A stretch of 64,000 nucleotides of DNA from Felis catus. Lineage: Eukaryota. Below, piece by piece: positions 35,002 through 48,154 of this stretch (positions are counted from its first letter, which is position 1; every line of letters begins with the position of its first letter). Location of the stretch: positions 2,668,001 to 2,732,000 of the forward strand of contig NC_058369.1 in NCBI RefSeq assembly GCF_018350175.1, given 5' to 3'. Both the position numbers and the translations under genes were made by a program. The notes beneath the pieces were generated by a model. That model was not told the DNA's origin and did not search any database. It saw only the letters and a program-made list of their open reading frames with translations.

Positions 35002-38000
35002 GTGAGTACCGGGCGCCCTGCCCCCACTGGCGCCGGCCGGGTCCCGGGGTGGCGGGGAGCAGCCTCTAGAGCAGTGGGTGCCGGGCCGACGAGAAGCACG
35101 TCCTCCCGCGGGCCTCCCAGTGGCAGGGCCACACGCCAGGGAGTCCCCTCCTCGGGCTTCCAGCGTGCCTCCTGCTGCTGGGGCCCACAGGGACGGTCAG
35201 CTTCCAGACCCCTGTTCCCCGGGGCCACGCCCGGGACCGGCTGCAGGGACGAGGGAAGGTGAGCTGCTCTCCCAGTTTCCAGAGAGGGAGCCGAAGGGCC
35301 TGGGGTCTCAGACCCGTGGGGCGGGCCTGACCGGGCAGAGCCGTGGCGGCAGCTTGAGGTGGCCCTGTCCTTATCTGCGGAACTCAGCAGGGTTTGGGGA
35401 GGCCTCTTTTCCCGGACCCCACCCCTCTCAGCCACGCCATCGCGGGCTCCTGACGTGTCACGGGCTGTGCTCACCGCTCTTCTCAACGCTCTCAGCTCTG
35501 TGCCGGGCAGTTGAGGCCTTCGCCCGTGCTGTCACAGGGCCACGCTCGGTCTGGGGGTCCCGTTGAGGAGTCCTTGCCTCCCCAGCTCCTGCTGTGGCCG
35601 GCAGTCCTCGCCTTCACGTCCCCCTCTTCTGTGTGGGTCTGTGTCTCTGACTCTTAGGACACCAGGCGTAGATTTGGGGCCCGTCCCACCCGGGGTGGCC
35701 TCGTCTTAACTGGGTCACACCTGCAAAGATGATGTCGAATGAGGTCACATTCCGGGTGCGGGGGTGGGGACGGCTCGAACTTCAACCCGTCCTTCTGGAG
35801 GATGGGGGGGATGTATGTAGTCCAGCCCCCCGCAGGTCCCTTAGAGGGAAAGGACCCTCCTGGGACAGTTCAGAGGGCCGGGCCGGTTTCCTGGGAGCAG
35901 GGCCCCCGCGTCCGTGCGCCGGCTCCGGCGGGGGAGTCGTGCTTCTGTGGGAGACCGTCCTTGCCTGACGGAGATGGGGCCCGAGGAGCAGCGAGGTGTC
36001 GGGTCCGTCGTGGTGGCTTAGAAGCGAACAAAGCCCCGTGGCGGGCGCCTGTGCTCTCGGGCTGCCCCGTTCTTGAGAGTGTCGCCTCCCCAGCTGGGAG
36101 GATACACTGAGGCCCGCCAGCAGCGTTCCGGCCCCCGCGGCTCGCGTGTCAAAATGTTTCACCTCGGCTGCTCCCGGCCAGAGGCCTCGCGCGAGGGGGC
36201 GGGGTAGGCCTGGCCCGGGGTCTGAGAGGAGAGGCTGGCCTTGGCGACGCGCGCTGGGGGGCTCTCAGGCACCAGCCCCGCCCTGCCATCCTTCCAGGTC
36301 GCAGAGATGCGGCGAACCCTGACGCCCGCCAACTCTCCCGTGTCCTCCCCCAGCAAGCACGGAGACCGCTTCATCCCCTCGAGAGCCGGTGCCAACTGGA
36401 GCGTCAATTTCCACAGGATCAATGTGCGGGCCGCGCGGGGGGGGGGGGGGGGGGGGGAGGGGGCCGGGGGCCGGGCGGGCGGCTCCAGCTGACCCGCCTC
36501 CTTTCCCTCCCTTGCCCGCAGGAGAATGAGAAGTCTCCCAGCCAAAATCGGAAAGCCAAGGACGCCACCTCGGACAACGGCAAAGGTCGGGGGTCACACC
36601 CTGTCTGGCCCCCTGCCCCCCCCGCCCCCTCCCCCAGGCCTGACAGAGCACCCCCCACCCCCGCCCACAGATGGCCTGGCCTACTCCGCCTTGCTGAAGA
36701 ACGAACTGCTGGGGGCCGGCATCGAGAAGGTGCAGGACCCGCAGACGGAGGACCGAAGGCTGCAGCCCTCCACGCCTGAGAAGAAGGGCCTGTTCACGGT
36801 GAGCACGCCCTCCCTGCCGGCAGCGTGCAGCACAGGCCCTCTGCAGGCTGCCCGGCCCGGCCCCCCGCGCTCGGCCTGTGCTCACCCCGGGAGCCGCCGG
36901 GCCCCCTGCCTCGAACCGGGGGCTTTGCTGCTCCAAAGGCGGTGCTGGGGCAGGCGCCAGGTGCACGGTCCCGAGGCTGGGGGCAGCCGTAGGGCGGTGT
37001 CGGGAGGAGCCTGGCTCGGGTCTCTTGACCGAGGGCCGGCAGGCTGGCGGCCAGCGGGGCAGGGGGAGGCCGGCACCGGGCAGTCGCTGTCCAGAGGAGG
37101 CCTCAGGCGTGAGGCCTGCTTTGCTTCTCTGGATCCCTGGAACCCGGGCCACGTCTCCGACCCGAGTGCTCGCCTCGCACTCCGGCCTGGCCACCGGCAG
37201 CGCGGGGCACCAGGGGCCCCGGGTGTGAGGTCCCCGGGCTGTGCGGCCGAGGCTCTGCTCAGCTGGGGTCCCCCCTCCCCTGCCTCCAGTATTCCCTCAG
37301 CACCAAGCGCTCCAGCCCCGACGATGGCAACGATGTGTCTCCCTACTCCTTGTCCCCCGTTAGCAACAAGAGGTGGGTCTAGGCCTGTGGGGGCTGGAAC
37401 AGGGCAGGTGGGCAGCCAGGCGGCGCTTGGGAGCCTAGCTTGGACCTAGAACTGCGCACGGGGTACAGAGGCGGCTCAGGGGGGGACCTTCCTCAGTGGG
37501 GACGCGCTTCAGGCTCAGTGGCGCTGGGCCCAGACAGGGGTGTCAAGGAGGGCTCCCCGGAGGAGGTGCCGGGCAGAGGGCGTGGTGTGGCTGTCAGAGC
37601 TCAGGGCGGCCCAACGGCCGGCGGTCACCACCCATAGCTGTGGGGTCACGTGGGTGGCAGGAGAGCACGAGGGGGAGCCCACAGGTCACGCCAACGGCAC
37701 CCCACGCGGTGGGCTCTCCCTGCAGTCAGAAGCTACTGCGGTCGCCACGGAAACCCACCCGCAAGATCTCCAAGATCCCCTTCAAGGTCCTGGACGCGCC
37801 AGAGCTGCAGGACGACTTCTACCTGAACCTGGTGGACTGGTCGTCCCTCAATGTGCTCAGCGTGGGGCTGGGGACCTGCGTGTACCTGTGGAGCGCCTGC
37901 ACCAGCCAGGTGGCGCCAGGGAGCCAGCGCGCGGGGGTTGGGGGGGCTCGGGGGACTTTGGGGACTTTGGGGACCTCCGGGGCCGGGGTAGCACCCCTCT

Positions 38001-41000
38001 GCCCTTCCCGGGGCCTCCCCTCTGCATGCACGCTGACCCGGGCGAGGTCCCCGGGCCCGGCCTGGCCAGGGGACCCCCCTGAGGGCCGCTTCCTCGGTGG
38101 CGGTCATCAGCAGCCACCCCACCAATTTGTCAGAGTAGCTGCCGGGGTTCGAGGCCTGCTCTTCGCAGTAGGCTGTTTTTGGGAATGAGACCAGACGCAG
38201 GCCGGGTTTCAAAGGGGCAAGTGAAGCCCCCTCGGGGAAAGGGCCGCCCCTCTGCTCCCAGCAGCCTGTGGCCTGCCCCGGGGCAGTGGGGGAGGGGGAC
38301 TTGAGCGCCCGCCCCATCTCTGGGTGGTCAGTTATCCCCATGCTGGCGTGTGTCCCCTCCTGGCCCACAGCGTCCCAGGCACCCCCGGCCTCGTTGCCCT
38401 GGTGTTCGTAAGCCAGCGAACGGGTGCTTGGGAGGGTGGACAGGTGCACGGACAGGTGGCTGTGCGTCCGCGCCCACCGACCGCTTCCCCTTTCCCCAGG
38501 TGACCCGGCTCTGTGACCTCTCGGTGGAAGGGGACTCGGTGACCTCCGTGGGCTGGTCTGAACGGGTCAGTATGTGGGCCCCATCCCCTAGCCGGGCGGA
38601 GTCAGGGAGATATGACCCAGTCTTGCTGGCAGGGGCCCTCCCCGGTGTTGAGGGGGCTTTGGGGACCCAGAGGGGCCAGCAGCCGGCCTGGAGGTCACTT
38701 GTCTAATCTCTGGGAGTCTAATCTCCACCTGCACCCCTGCCTGTCCCCAGCCTGTAAAGATGGTTATGGTGACTCTGGGTCAGACTTGGTCCCCTGCACG
38801 CCTCTCCCCGCCCCCACAGCTGGCGTGGCAGCCGCAGATAGAAACGCACAGGTGTTTAGCCTGCGTGTCTACTGGATTTTGACAAACCGGTGCGCTTGTG
38901 TGACCGTTCCCCCAGAAAGTTCCAAGGAGGGGTGTCCTTTTGGTGCAAAGAAACCTGTAAAGACACGGCCCCAAGGCCCTGCGGTGAGGAGGTGGAGGGA
39001 GAGGTCCCCATGCCTGGGCCTGATGCCCACTCCCTCCCCCGTGTGCTCGGTCCTAGGGGAACCTGGTGGCCGTTGGCACGCACAAGGGCTTTGTGCAGAT
39101 CTGGGACGCAGCTGCAGGAAAGAAGCTGTCCATGCTGGAAGGCCACACGGCACGCGTCGGTGAGAAGCCGCCCGCTTCCCGGGGGGCAGGTGTGATTCCC
39201 GGGGGCGAGGCCTCAGCCTCCCTTGCCCTCTGCCTGGCCTCCAGGGGCGCTGGCCTGGAACGCCGACCAGCTCTCGTCCGGGAGCCGGGACCGCATGATC
39301 CTGCAGAGGGACATCCGGACCCCGCCCCTGCAGTCAGAGCGGCGGCTGCAGGGCCACCGGCAGGAGGTGTGTGGGCTCAAGTGGTCCACGGACCACCAGC
39401 TCCTCGCCTCGGGGGGCAACGACAACAAGGTAGGCACCGCGGGCCCCTCGCAGCCCTGGCCTCGGCACGGAGTGAGGGCCGTGCGGGTTCTTCCCCCGGG
39501 GGCGGACTGTGGTGGCCTCCGGGGCCTCACAGCCACTGCCCCCGCAGCTGCTGGTCTGGAACCACTCGAGCCTGAGCCCCGTGCAGCAGTACACGGAGCA
39601 CCTGGCGGCCGTGAAGGCCATCGCCTGGTCCCCGCACCAGCACGGGCTGCTGGCGTCTGGCGGTGGCACGGCTGATCGCTGCATCCGCTTCTGGAACACG
39701 CTCACGGGGCAGCCGCTGCAGTGCATCGACACGGGCTCCCAGGTGTGCAACCTCGCCTGGTCCAAGCACGCCAACGAGCTGGTGAGTGCGGGGCCGGCCA
39801 GGGAGGGCCTGCGGGGACACACGCGTGCGCCTCCCTCCTTGTCGCTAGACGGCCTCCCGAGCCTCTCCGCGAAGAGCCAGGGGCAGAGGAGCCTGGGGGT
39901 GCGGGCAGGAGGCGGGGGAGGCAGGAGCCCTGGCCCCGCTGAGGCCTCTCAGGGGGTCCTGAGTTCAGCCAGGCCCCCGCCACGCCACCCTCGTCGTGCA
40001 GACCAGAGGTGCCTGGATGTGCCCGTCCTTGACCCGGACGCCCACACCCCCAGACGCCCACACCCCCACACCCAGTGCCCGCCAGAGAGGCTCCCGGGCC
40101 TGTTAGGCGCCATGTGTCCCACTCTGTCCAGTCACCGACCAGAGTGCGGGGAGCAGGGGCTGTGACCGTGCTCTCTCTACCTCGTCACCTATGGCCTCTG
40201 TACGTCACTCGCTTGGCGAGTCTGAGGTGCCGGCTCAGATGTCCTTGCATCTGGGCCCCGGGCCTTGGAAGCGGGGGGCCCGGGTTCCGACAGCACTCTC
40301 TCCGCCCCCCCCAGGTGAGCACGCACGGCTACTCGCAGAACCAGATCCTGGTGTGGAAGTACCCGTCCCTGACCCAGGTGGCAAAGCTGACCGGGCACTC
40401 GTACAGGGTCCTGTACCTGGTGAGTCTGCCCACCCCCCCCCCCCCGCCCCGACCCCCAGCCCCCGGGTTCTGGGAGACGTGCTGTGGCCGCCCAGAAACC
40501 ACTGCCCTGAGCCCCGAGAGGCAGCGTGCGGCCCTGTGTCGGGGTTCCGCGGCCCGGGGGGCCTCCAGGACTGCACAGCAGGGCGGGCTCCTGTCCGCCA
40601 AGGTCACGTGGTACCGGCGGCGGGAACCTGCTGTGCTGCGCCTCTGCCGTCCGTCCCTCCCTTCAGCCGGGTGTCTCTGGAGACACGCGCGGAAAGAAAT
40701 CTCTGCGGATCTGGGTCCCGGCACTCCCGTGATCGCTGAGCGTTTCACCAGACCACCAGCTGTCAGGTCTTGCAGAAAGGTCCCCTCTCTTGCAGACCGC
40801 TCGATTTCTTTTTTCTTTTCGGAAGAAGACGTCTCGTGCTTCAGCCAACATACTCTTTGTCCCGTCATGCAGAAGAGCGTCTCCGGGTGGCGGGCGGGAG
40901 GGAGGCCGCCTGGGGTTTTCCCGAGAGTGCTCCGTCCGCGGCTCTGTCCGGTGGTGCCACGCCTGGTTCCGCGGTTGTCTGCGAAGCGCTGCCTGCGGGG

Positions 41001-41641
41001 CGTAGAGACAGTGGGGGTCTGTCTCCTTCCGCAGGCCATGTCCCCTGATGGAGAGGCCATAGTCACTGGTGCTGGGGATGAAACCCTGAGGTTCTGGAAC
41101 GTCTTTAGCAAAACCCGTTCGACAAAGGTAAAGTGGGTCGGTATCAGTGCCAGCTGTTCCCCTGCGCGCGTCCCCTCGCCTGTCCTGGGGGCTTCCCCTG
41201 CCCACCCCCCCACCCCCCCCACCCCCCCACCCCCCCACCCCCCCACCCCCCCACCTCCCCACCTCCCCACCCAGCCCCGTTCGTTCTGTTGGCCAGCATC
41301 TCCCTGGGAATCTACTCTGTGGCCCCCCGTGCCCCCCCCCCACTCCTACATCGCTGCACATCCCCCACCATGTGGCACAAGGCGCTCAGAGCCTGGCCAC
41401 CCCCTACGCGCCTCGGGGTGCCGGGGAAGGTGCCCACGCAGGCTCCTCTGGCCCAAAACGTCACGTCCCCTCCAGGCAGAACTTCCCAGCCCGGTGCCGC
41501 CCGGCGCCCAGCCCCGGGGGCCTGGCCGAGCGGCGGGCACTTCCAGAGAGGTAGCCCGGGGGGCCGCAGGCTCAGCGGTCCCTCCTGTGTGCCCCGCAGG
41601 AGTCCGTGTCAGTGCTCAACCTCTTCACCAGGATCCGGTAA
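34933..41641 (+). CDS. FZR1: Fizzy-related protein homolog / APC/C co-activator CDH1 (13 coding exons, 493 aa; 496 aa with alternative donor)
   Basis: Exon lengths 69,126,64,128,83,184,66,103,185,234,105,93,42 = 1482 nt, all [17 protein letters not shown]-terminus, C-box DRFIPSR, WD40 repeats, C-terminal IR tail (FTRIR*). Confidence 0.98.
36298..36423 (+). CDS. FZR1: FZR1 coding exon 2
   Basis: [10 protein letters not shown]...[21 protein letters not shown] |gtgcgg. Confidence 0.96.
36522..36585 (+). CDS. FZR1: FZR1 coding exon 3
   Basis: [21 protein letters not shown]. Confidence 0.95.
36671..36798 (+). CDS. FZR1: FZR1 coding exon 4
   Basis: [25 protein letters not shown]...KKGLFT. Confidence 0.96.
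37290..37372 (+). CDS. FZR1: FZR1 coding exon 5
   Basis: [27 protein letters not shown]. Confidence 0.95.
37726..37909 (+). CDS. FZR1: FZR1 coding exon 6
   Basis: [41 protein letters not shown]...ACTSQ. Confidence 0.97.
38500..38565 (+). CDS. FZR1: FZR1 coding exon 7
   Basis: [22 protein letters not shown]. Confidence 0.96.
39057..39159 (+). CDS. FZR1: FZR1 coding exon 8
   Basis: [34 protein letters not shown]. Confidence 0.96.
39245..39429 (+). CDS. FZR1: FZR1 coding exon 9
   Basis: [17 protein letters not shown]...[11 protein letters not shown]. Confidence 0.96.
39548..39781 (+). CDS. FZR1: FZR1 coding exon 10
   Basis: [18 protein letters not shown]...WSKHANEL. Confidence 0.96.
40315..40419 (+). 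CDS. FZR1: FZR1 coding exon 11
   Basis: [35 protein letters not shown]. Confidence 0.96.
41035..41127 (+). CDS. FZR1: FZR1 coding exon 12 (alternative end 41136 adds VKW)
   Basis: [31 protein letters not shown] |gtaaag tgg|gtcggt. Confidence 0.96.
41200..41277. repeat. (CCCCCCA)n-like C-rich low-complexity repeat in the last FZR1 intron
   Basis: Runs of C3-C7 separated by single A or T. Confidence 0.85.
41600..41641 (+). CDS. FZR1: FZR1 last coding exon
   Basis: [16 protein letters not shown]. Confidence 0.96.
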   Translation, partial: ESVSVLNLFTRIR

Positions 41642-43192
41642 ACCCTCGGGCCTCTCTGTCCGGGTCGGAAGAGCACCGTCTCTCCTCGGCGTTCACGGAC
41701 CCTCCCCTCTCCGGCACGCGGTCCCCGGAGGAAGCAGCCGGGGTGGGGCGGGGAGTCGGGCCTGGAGAGACCCCGAAGATTCTCATTAAAGCCTGATTGC
41801 GAACCCTGGCAGCCAGTGTTTGGGGCGGGGGCACGGCCGGGCACCAGCAGGAGAGGGGCTCCCGCTCCCTGCACGCTGGGCGGCCCCGGCGGGGACCATC
41901 CGTTCGGCCGCTCTGCTCGGAGCACGACGGACGCCTCCTGGGACCCAGCCTGCTTCTGTTCACGTCCATCGCTGCGTTGTCGTCGTCGTCCCATCGTCCT
42001 CGTCGTCGGGCCTGCATGCTCTTCCTGAAGCACGTGCTCGCCACCGCCGCTGCCTTCGCCCACGCCTGCGGGACAGACAGCCGGACGCCCGGCCGGTCAG
42101 CTGAGGCTGGGCAGACGGCTGAGCTCGGCCCGTGGATCCGAGAGACACATCCAGCTGCCCGGCGTCTCGGCAGCTGTGCCCGTGACTCCACAGGCTCGGC
42201 ACGGCCTCCGGGGCAGGCTCCGTGCCAGGCGGTCATCTCGAGATGGACTTCTGCCCGAGGAAGACGAGTCAGGTCCATTCGTTGTGTCGTGCTCACCCCA
42301 ACCCCCCACCGTCCTGTCACTGCCGGGTCCCAGCCAGGGAGACCCAAGGGCAGAATCAACCCTGAGGGCCGGGTCCTCCTCCCCGGCGCCCCCCGCACGC
42401 CCAGGTCGCCCCGTGGGGTCCCGACCCTCTGTTCCGTTGGCTGTGGGGCGGCTGGGGGAGGCGGCCCTCCCCTCACGTCCTCTGCTCTGTCCCCAGCTGC
42501 ACCTGGGCCCATCCCCTCCCGCCGAGGGAGGAAAGAGGGCCTGGGTGTGGCCCGGGACCTGAACGGCAGGCCCCTGTCCCTCCTCGGGTCGGTGGAGGGG
42601 TGGGTGTACTGGCACGGCGGAGCCGGCGGAGCGGGCCCGGGCTAGGCTGGGGGCCAGCAGTCAGGGCCGGGCCGCGCAGATCCCCTCCGCGTCCCGGTGG
42701 CCTTGCGCTCTTTCCTGTCAGCCGTGTGTGCACGTGTATATACGTACTCGTGGCTTTTGTTTAGGTTTGGTTTTGTGTTTGTGTAGACGGGTCCCAGGAA
42801 AGTGGAGGGGTGGTGGGGGAGGAGCAGTGGCTCAGCCACTACAGCGGGACGGCTCCCGGCTCCCGACCAGCTGAGCCTGCCTGAACTGGGCGGGGAGGGG
42901 GGCTGCCTCCCAGCGGGGCCGGGCCGGGGACAGCGTACGTAGATGTGTGTTTTGATTGGTCGAGTTCTTATTTTTGTTTTGAGTGGTTTTTTTAAGAAAA
43001 CAACCCCGGCTCTGTCGCGCTGTCTGTCGCCTTGTGCCCTGCGGGAGCCCGGGAACCGGCTGTGCTCGTGTGGCTGTGCCGCCTGGGAGCTGGGACAGGG
43101 AGGTGCCCGGTGCACCGCTCGGGCCTCGAGTGCGGGGACGGGCGCTGGGAGTGGAGCGAGCCTTGTTTCTTGTCAACCGCAGCATCGTTGTC

Positions 43193-43198
43193 ATTAAA
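43193..43198 (+). terminator. Probable distal FZR1 poly(A) signal ATTAAA (proximal ATTAAA at 41785-41790)
   Basis: Hexamer followed by GU-rich ggttgtgggttt; U-rich 3'UTR-like stretches at ~42750-43000. Confidence 0.55.
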
Positions 43199-45179
43199 CC
43201 GGTTGTGGGTTTACGCACTGCTGGGGCTGGCTCTCCGTCTCTCTGGTCCCCAGCTGGGAGGGGTCCTGCGGGTCTGCACGTGCCCGGGGCCGCAGGCCAG
43301 CCTAAGTGTCACAAACGGGCACAGGCGACTCGCCCTGGGCGAGCTGGCTGCGGAGGAGTCTCGCGGGCAGGCTGAGAGAGGTGCCCGTGACCCTGGCTTC
43401 GTGGTCCCCCGGGGCAGAGGGCATGGGTGTAGCCAGCCCTCGTGGCCCAGCCAGGGCACGGCCCTGCTGTAGGGGAGAGGCACCCACTCCTGGCTGCCAT
43501 CCGGGAGGAGAAGGGTGGGGCCGGAGGCGGTGGTCTGTGCCTGCACAGAGGAGGGGAGGGGCCGGAGGAGACGGGGGGCCGTGGGACTAGGGGCACGGGG
43601 CCACATGGCAGCTTGTGGGTGGGGCAGGTGCTTCTGTCACCTCTATCTGGCCGGTGGGGAAACAGGCCAGTGGGCGGCGTCACTGGCCCAGCGTGTCACA
43701 CGGAGTGCTGGGGGGCAGGGGGTGGGGGGTGAGATTTGTTGGTTGACCTTCAGGTGTAGCTTTTGTGAGAAAAGGGAAGGGGTGTGGTGGTGGTGGTGGA
43801 CGAGGGGCAGGCAGGGGCAGCGAGTGAGGGGCAGCCAGAGGGGGAGCTGAGGACTCGGCGGGGACCATGGAAGAGAGAGATCTGGAAGTGCTGGAGGGCA
43901 GCAGGAGGTCTTGGGGGTGGGGAGGAAGGCCAGCCCCGGCCAGAGTGGGGGCAGGACCTGGCAGGTCAGGGGGCCCCAGGGGTCTCAGAAGGGTGAGCCC
44001 CCTGCCGCGAGCAGGTGCCCACAGCGGGCATGCACCCCGGCCCCTCCCTCTAGGTGAGGAGCCCCGTCTGGGACCGTGGGGACGAGAGAGACCGGACCAC
44101 AGCACCTGCCTTCGTGGGCCTCCGCTGTGGCAGGAGTGGGACGGGACGGGGAGAAGCCCGTGTGGCTCTCAGTGTGACAGGTGGCGGAGGCCCTAGAAAA
44201 TGTCATCTTCGAACCCGAGGCCCAGTGGAGCCTGGTGTTTGATCAAGGGCCCAGAGAGCAGGGGGCACCAGGGCGGAGAGCACAGTCCCCGCACAGGCTC
44301 TGGAGCAGAGCCTGTGAGGGGAGGGTGGGGAGCGGGTGGGGCAGGGCAGGTGGGGCCTCGGGGGCCCTTGGAGTTCACGTGTCTGTTATGTGGTGTATCT
44401 TGGAGCATATGTCGGTGATGTTTAGTACGTTCACGAGGTGGTGCTGCTACCGTGTCTAGTTCCAGAACATTCCACCACCCCAGAAGACGACCCGTCCCCA
44501 TCAGCTGTCACTCCCTGCCCCCTCCCCGGTGCCCGGCCCCCACAAACCCCCTTCCCGTCTGTGGATGAGCCTGTTCTGGACGTTTCACATAAATGGAATC
44601 ACACCCCGTGTGGCCTCTGTGTCTGGTTCCCTCCCTGAGCGTCGTGTGTTCAGGGTCCTTACGCCGGGCGGCGGGTGTGGGCGCTTCACTCCTGCTCGTG
44701 GCCGAGGGACGTGCGTGTGCGCGGGGGACACGGTCTGTGTCTGTCGTGCCATTGAGGACTGTGAACTGAGCTGTGCACACACGTGTGAGGGTCTCGCTCC
44801 AAGTGGTGGGTCGGAAGCAGAAGAGGGACAGGGTGGGGGGTGAGGAGGGAGGGCTGGGGATGGGGGGGCCCGGACGGAGCTTCTGGAGAGGTGCAGCTGA
44901 GGGCACAGCCCGGAGGGCCCCACGTGAGGGTGTTCTCAGGGGGCCCAGAGAGGAGGTGGGAGCCCCGGTCTTACAGCCACCACCCGAGGCACATGCCTGC
45001 CTTTCGCCTGGTCCTCCCCCTCCCCGGGGAGGCATCCTGGGGCGGGGGCGGGTGGCGGCTGTCTGGATGGAGGCCAGCGCTGGCCAGTACCGTTGCCGGG
45101 ACACCGAGGGCCTTTGTCGCTGTCAACAATGGCCCCACAGGCCTTCCAGGCGTGAGCCCCTGGGGACCCAGAGGCAGAC

Positions 45180-47619
<2,440 letters not shown>

Positions 47620-47804
47620 CACTTCTGGGGCCTGGGAGGGTCTCGGGTGGCCAGGCGGCCAGATAAAGGCAGCTACTAACCGAGACCCTGGCGACCAGAA
47701 CTCTGGGACGAAGGCAGATGGACCCTGGAGGCGCCGGCTGCCCCCTCCCCACTCTGGGCCCCGGGCAGACAGCTGAGGCCACAGTCCTCACCCCTGGGTG
47801 GCTT

Positions 47805-47810
47805 TTTATT
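47805..47810 (-). terminator. MFSD12 poly(A) signal AATAAA
   Basis: tttatt on + strand, ~330 nt downstream of the MFSD12 stop. Confidence 0.75.
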
Positions 47811-48137
47811 CATAGCCAGTCGTGTCCTTGGGCACAGGGTTGTGGGACTGGGTCCCCTCCAACCCCCAAGCCTGAGGCTCCCATCAGGCCCAGTGACGAC
47901 ACCGTTCGTCCAGGGACCCGGCAGCACCTAGGAAACCCCGACCGAGCCTGGGGTGACGGGTGAGCTGGGCGCTCCCCTGGATCCCAGAGGGTCAAGCTCA
48001 GAGTCTGGGCTGCTGACCGCCTGCCCTCACCTGCCGCCCTCACAGCCGGGTGAGGATGGGGGGCAGGGATGGGAGCAGGGCATGGCCTGTAGAGTTCATG
48101 TGCACAGGACCGCGACCGTGGGGGGACGGTGTCAGGG

Positions 48138-48154
48138 TTAGGCTCCGGGGTCCC
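48138..48154 (-). CDS. MFSD12: MFSD12 last coding exon
   Basis: ttctcttgcag| (W)DPGA TAA. Confidence 0.85.

Noticed and set aside
40075..41796. 573-aa ORF as a separate gene
   Set aside because: It consists of two FZR1 exons plus GC-rich intronic read-through.
41797..42645. 282-aa ORF and TCG-rich stretch in the FZR1 3'UTR as a downstream coding gene
   Set aside because: TTG start, low complexity, equally long antisense ORFs, no recognisable domain.
43867..44196. accATGg-initiated 109-aa ORF between FZR1 and TEKTIP1
   Set aside because: G-rich low-complexity translation, no supported splice partner, and the TEKTIP1 start is already explained at 45180.
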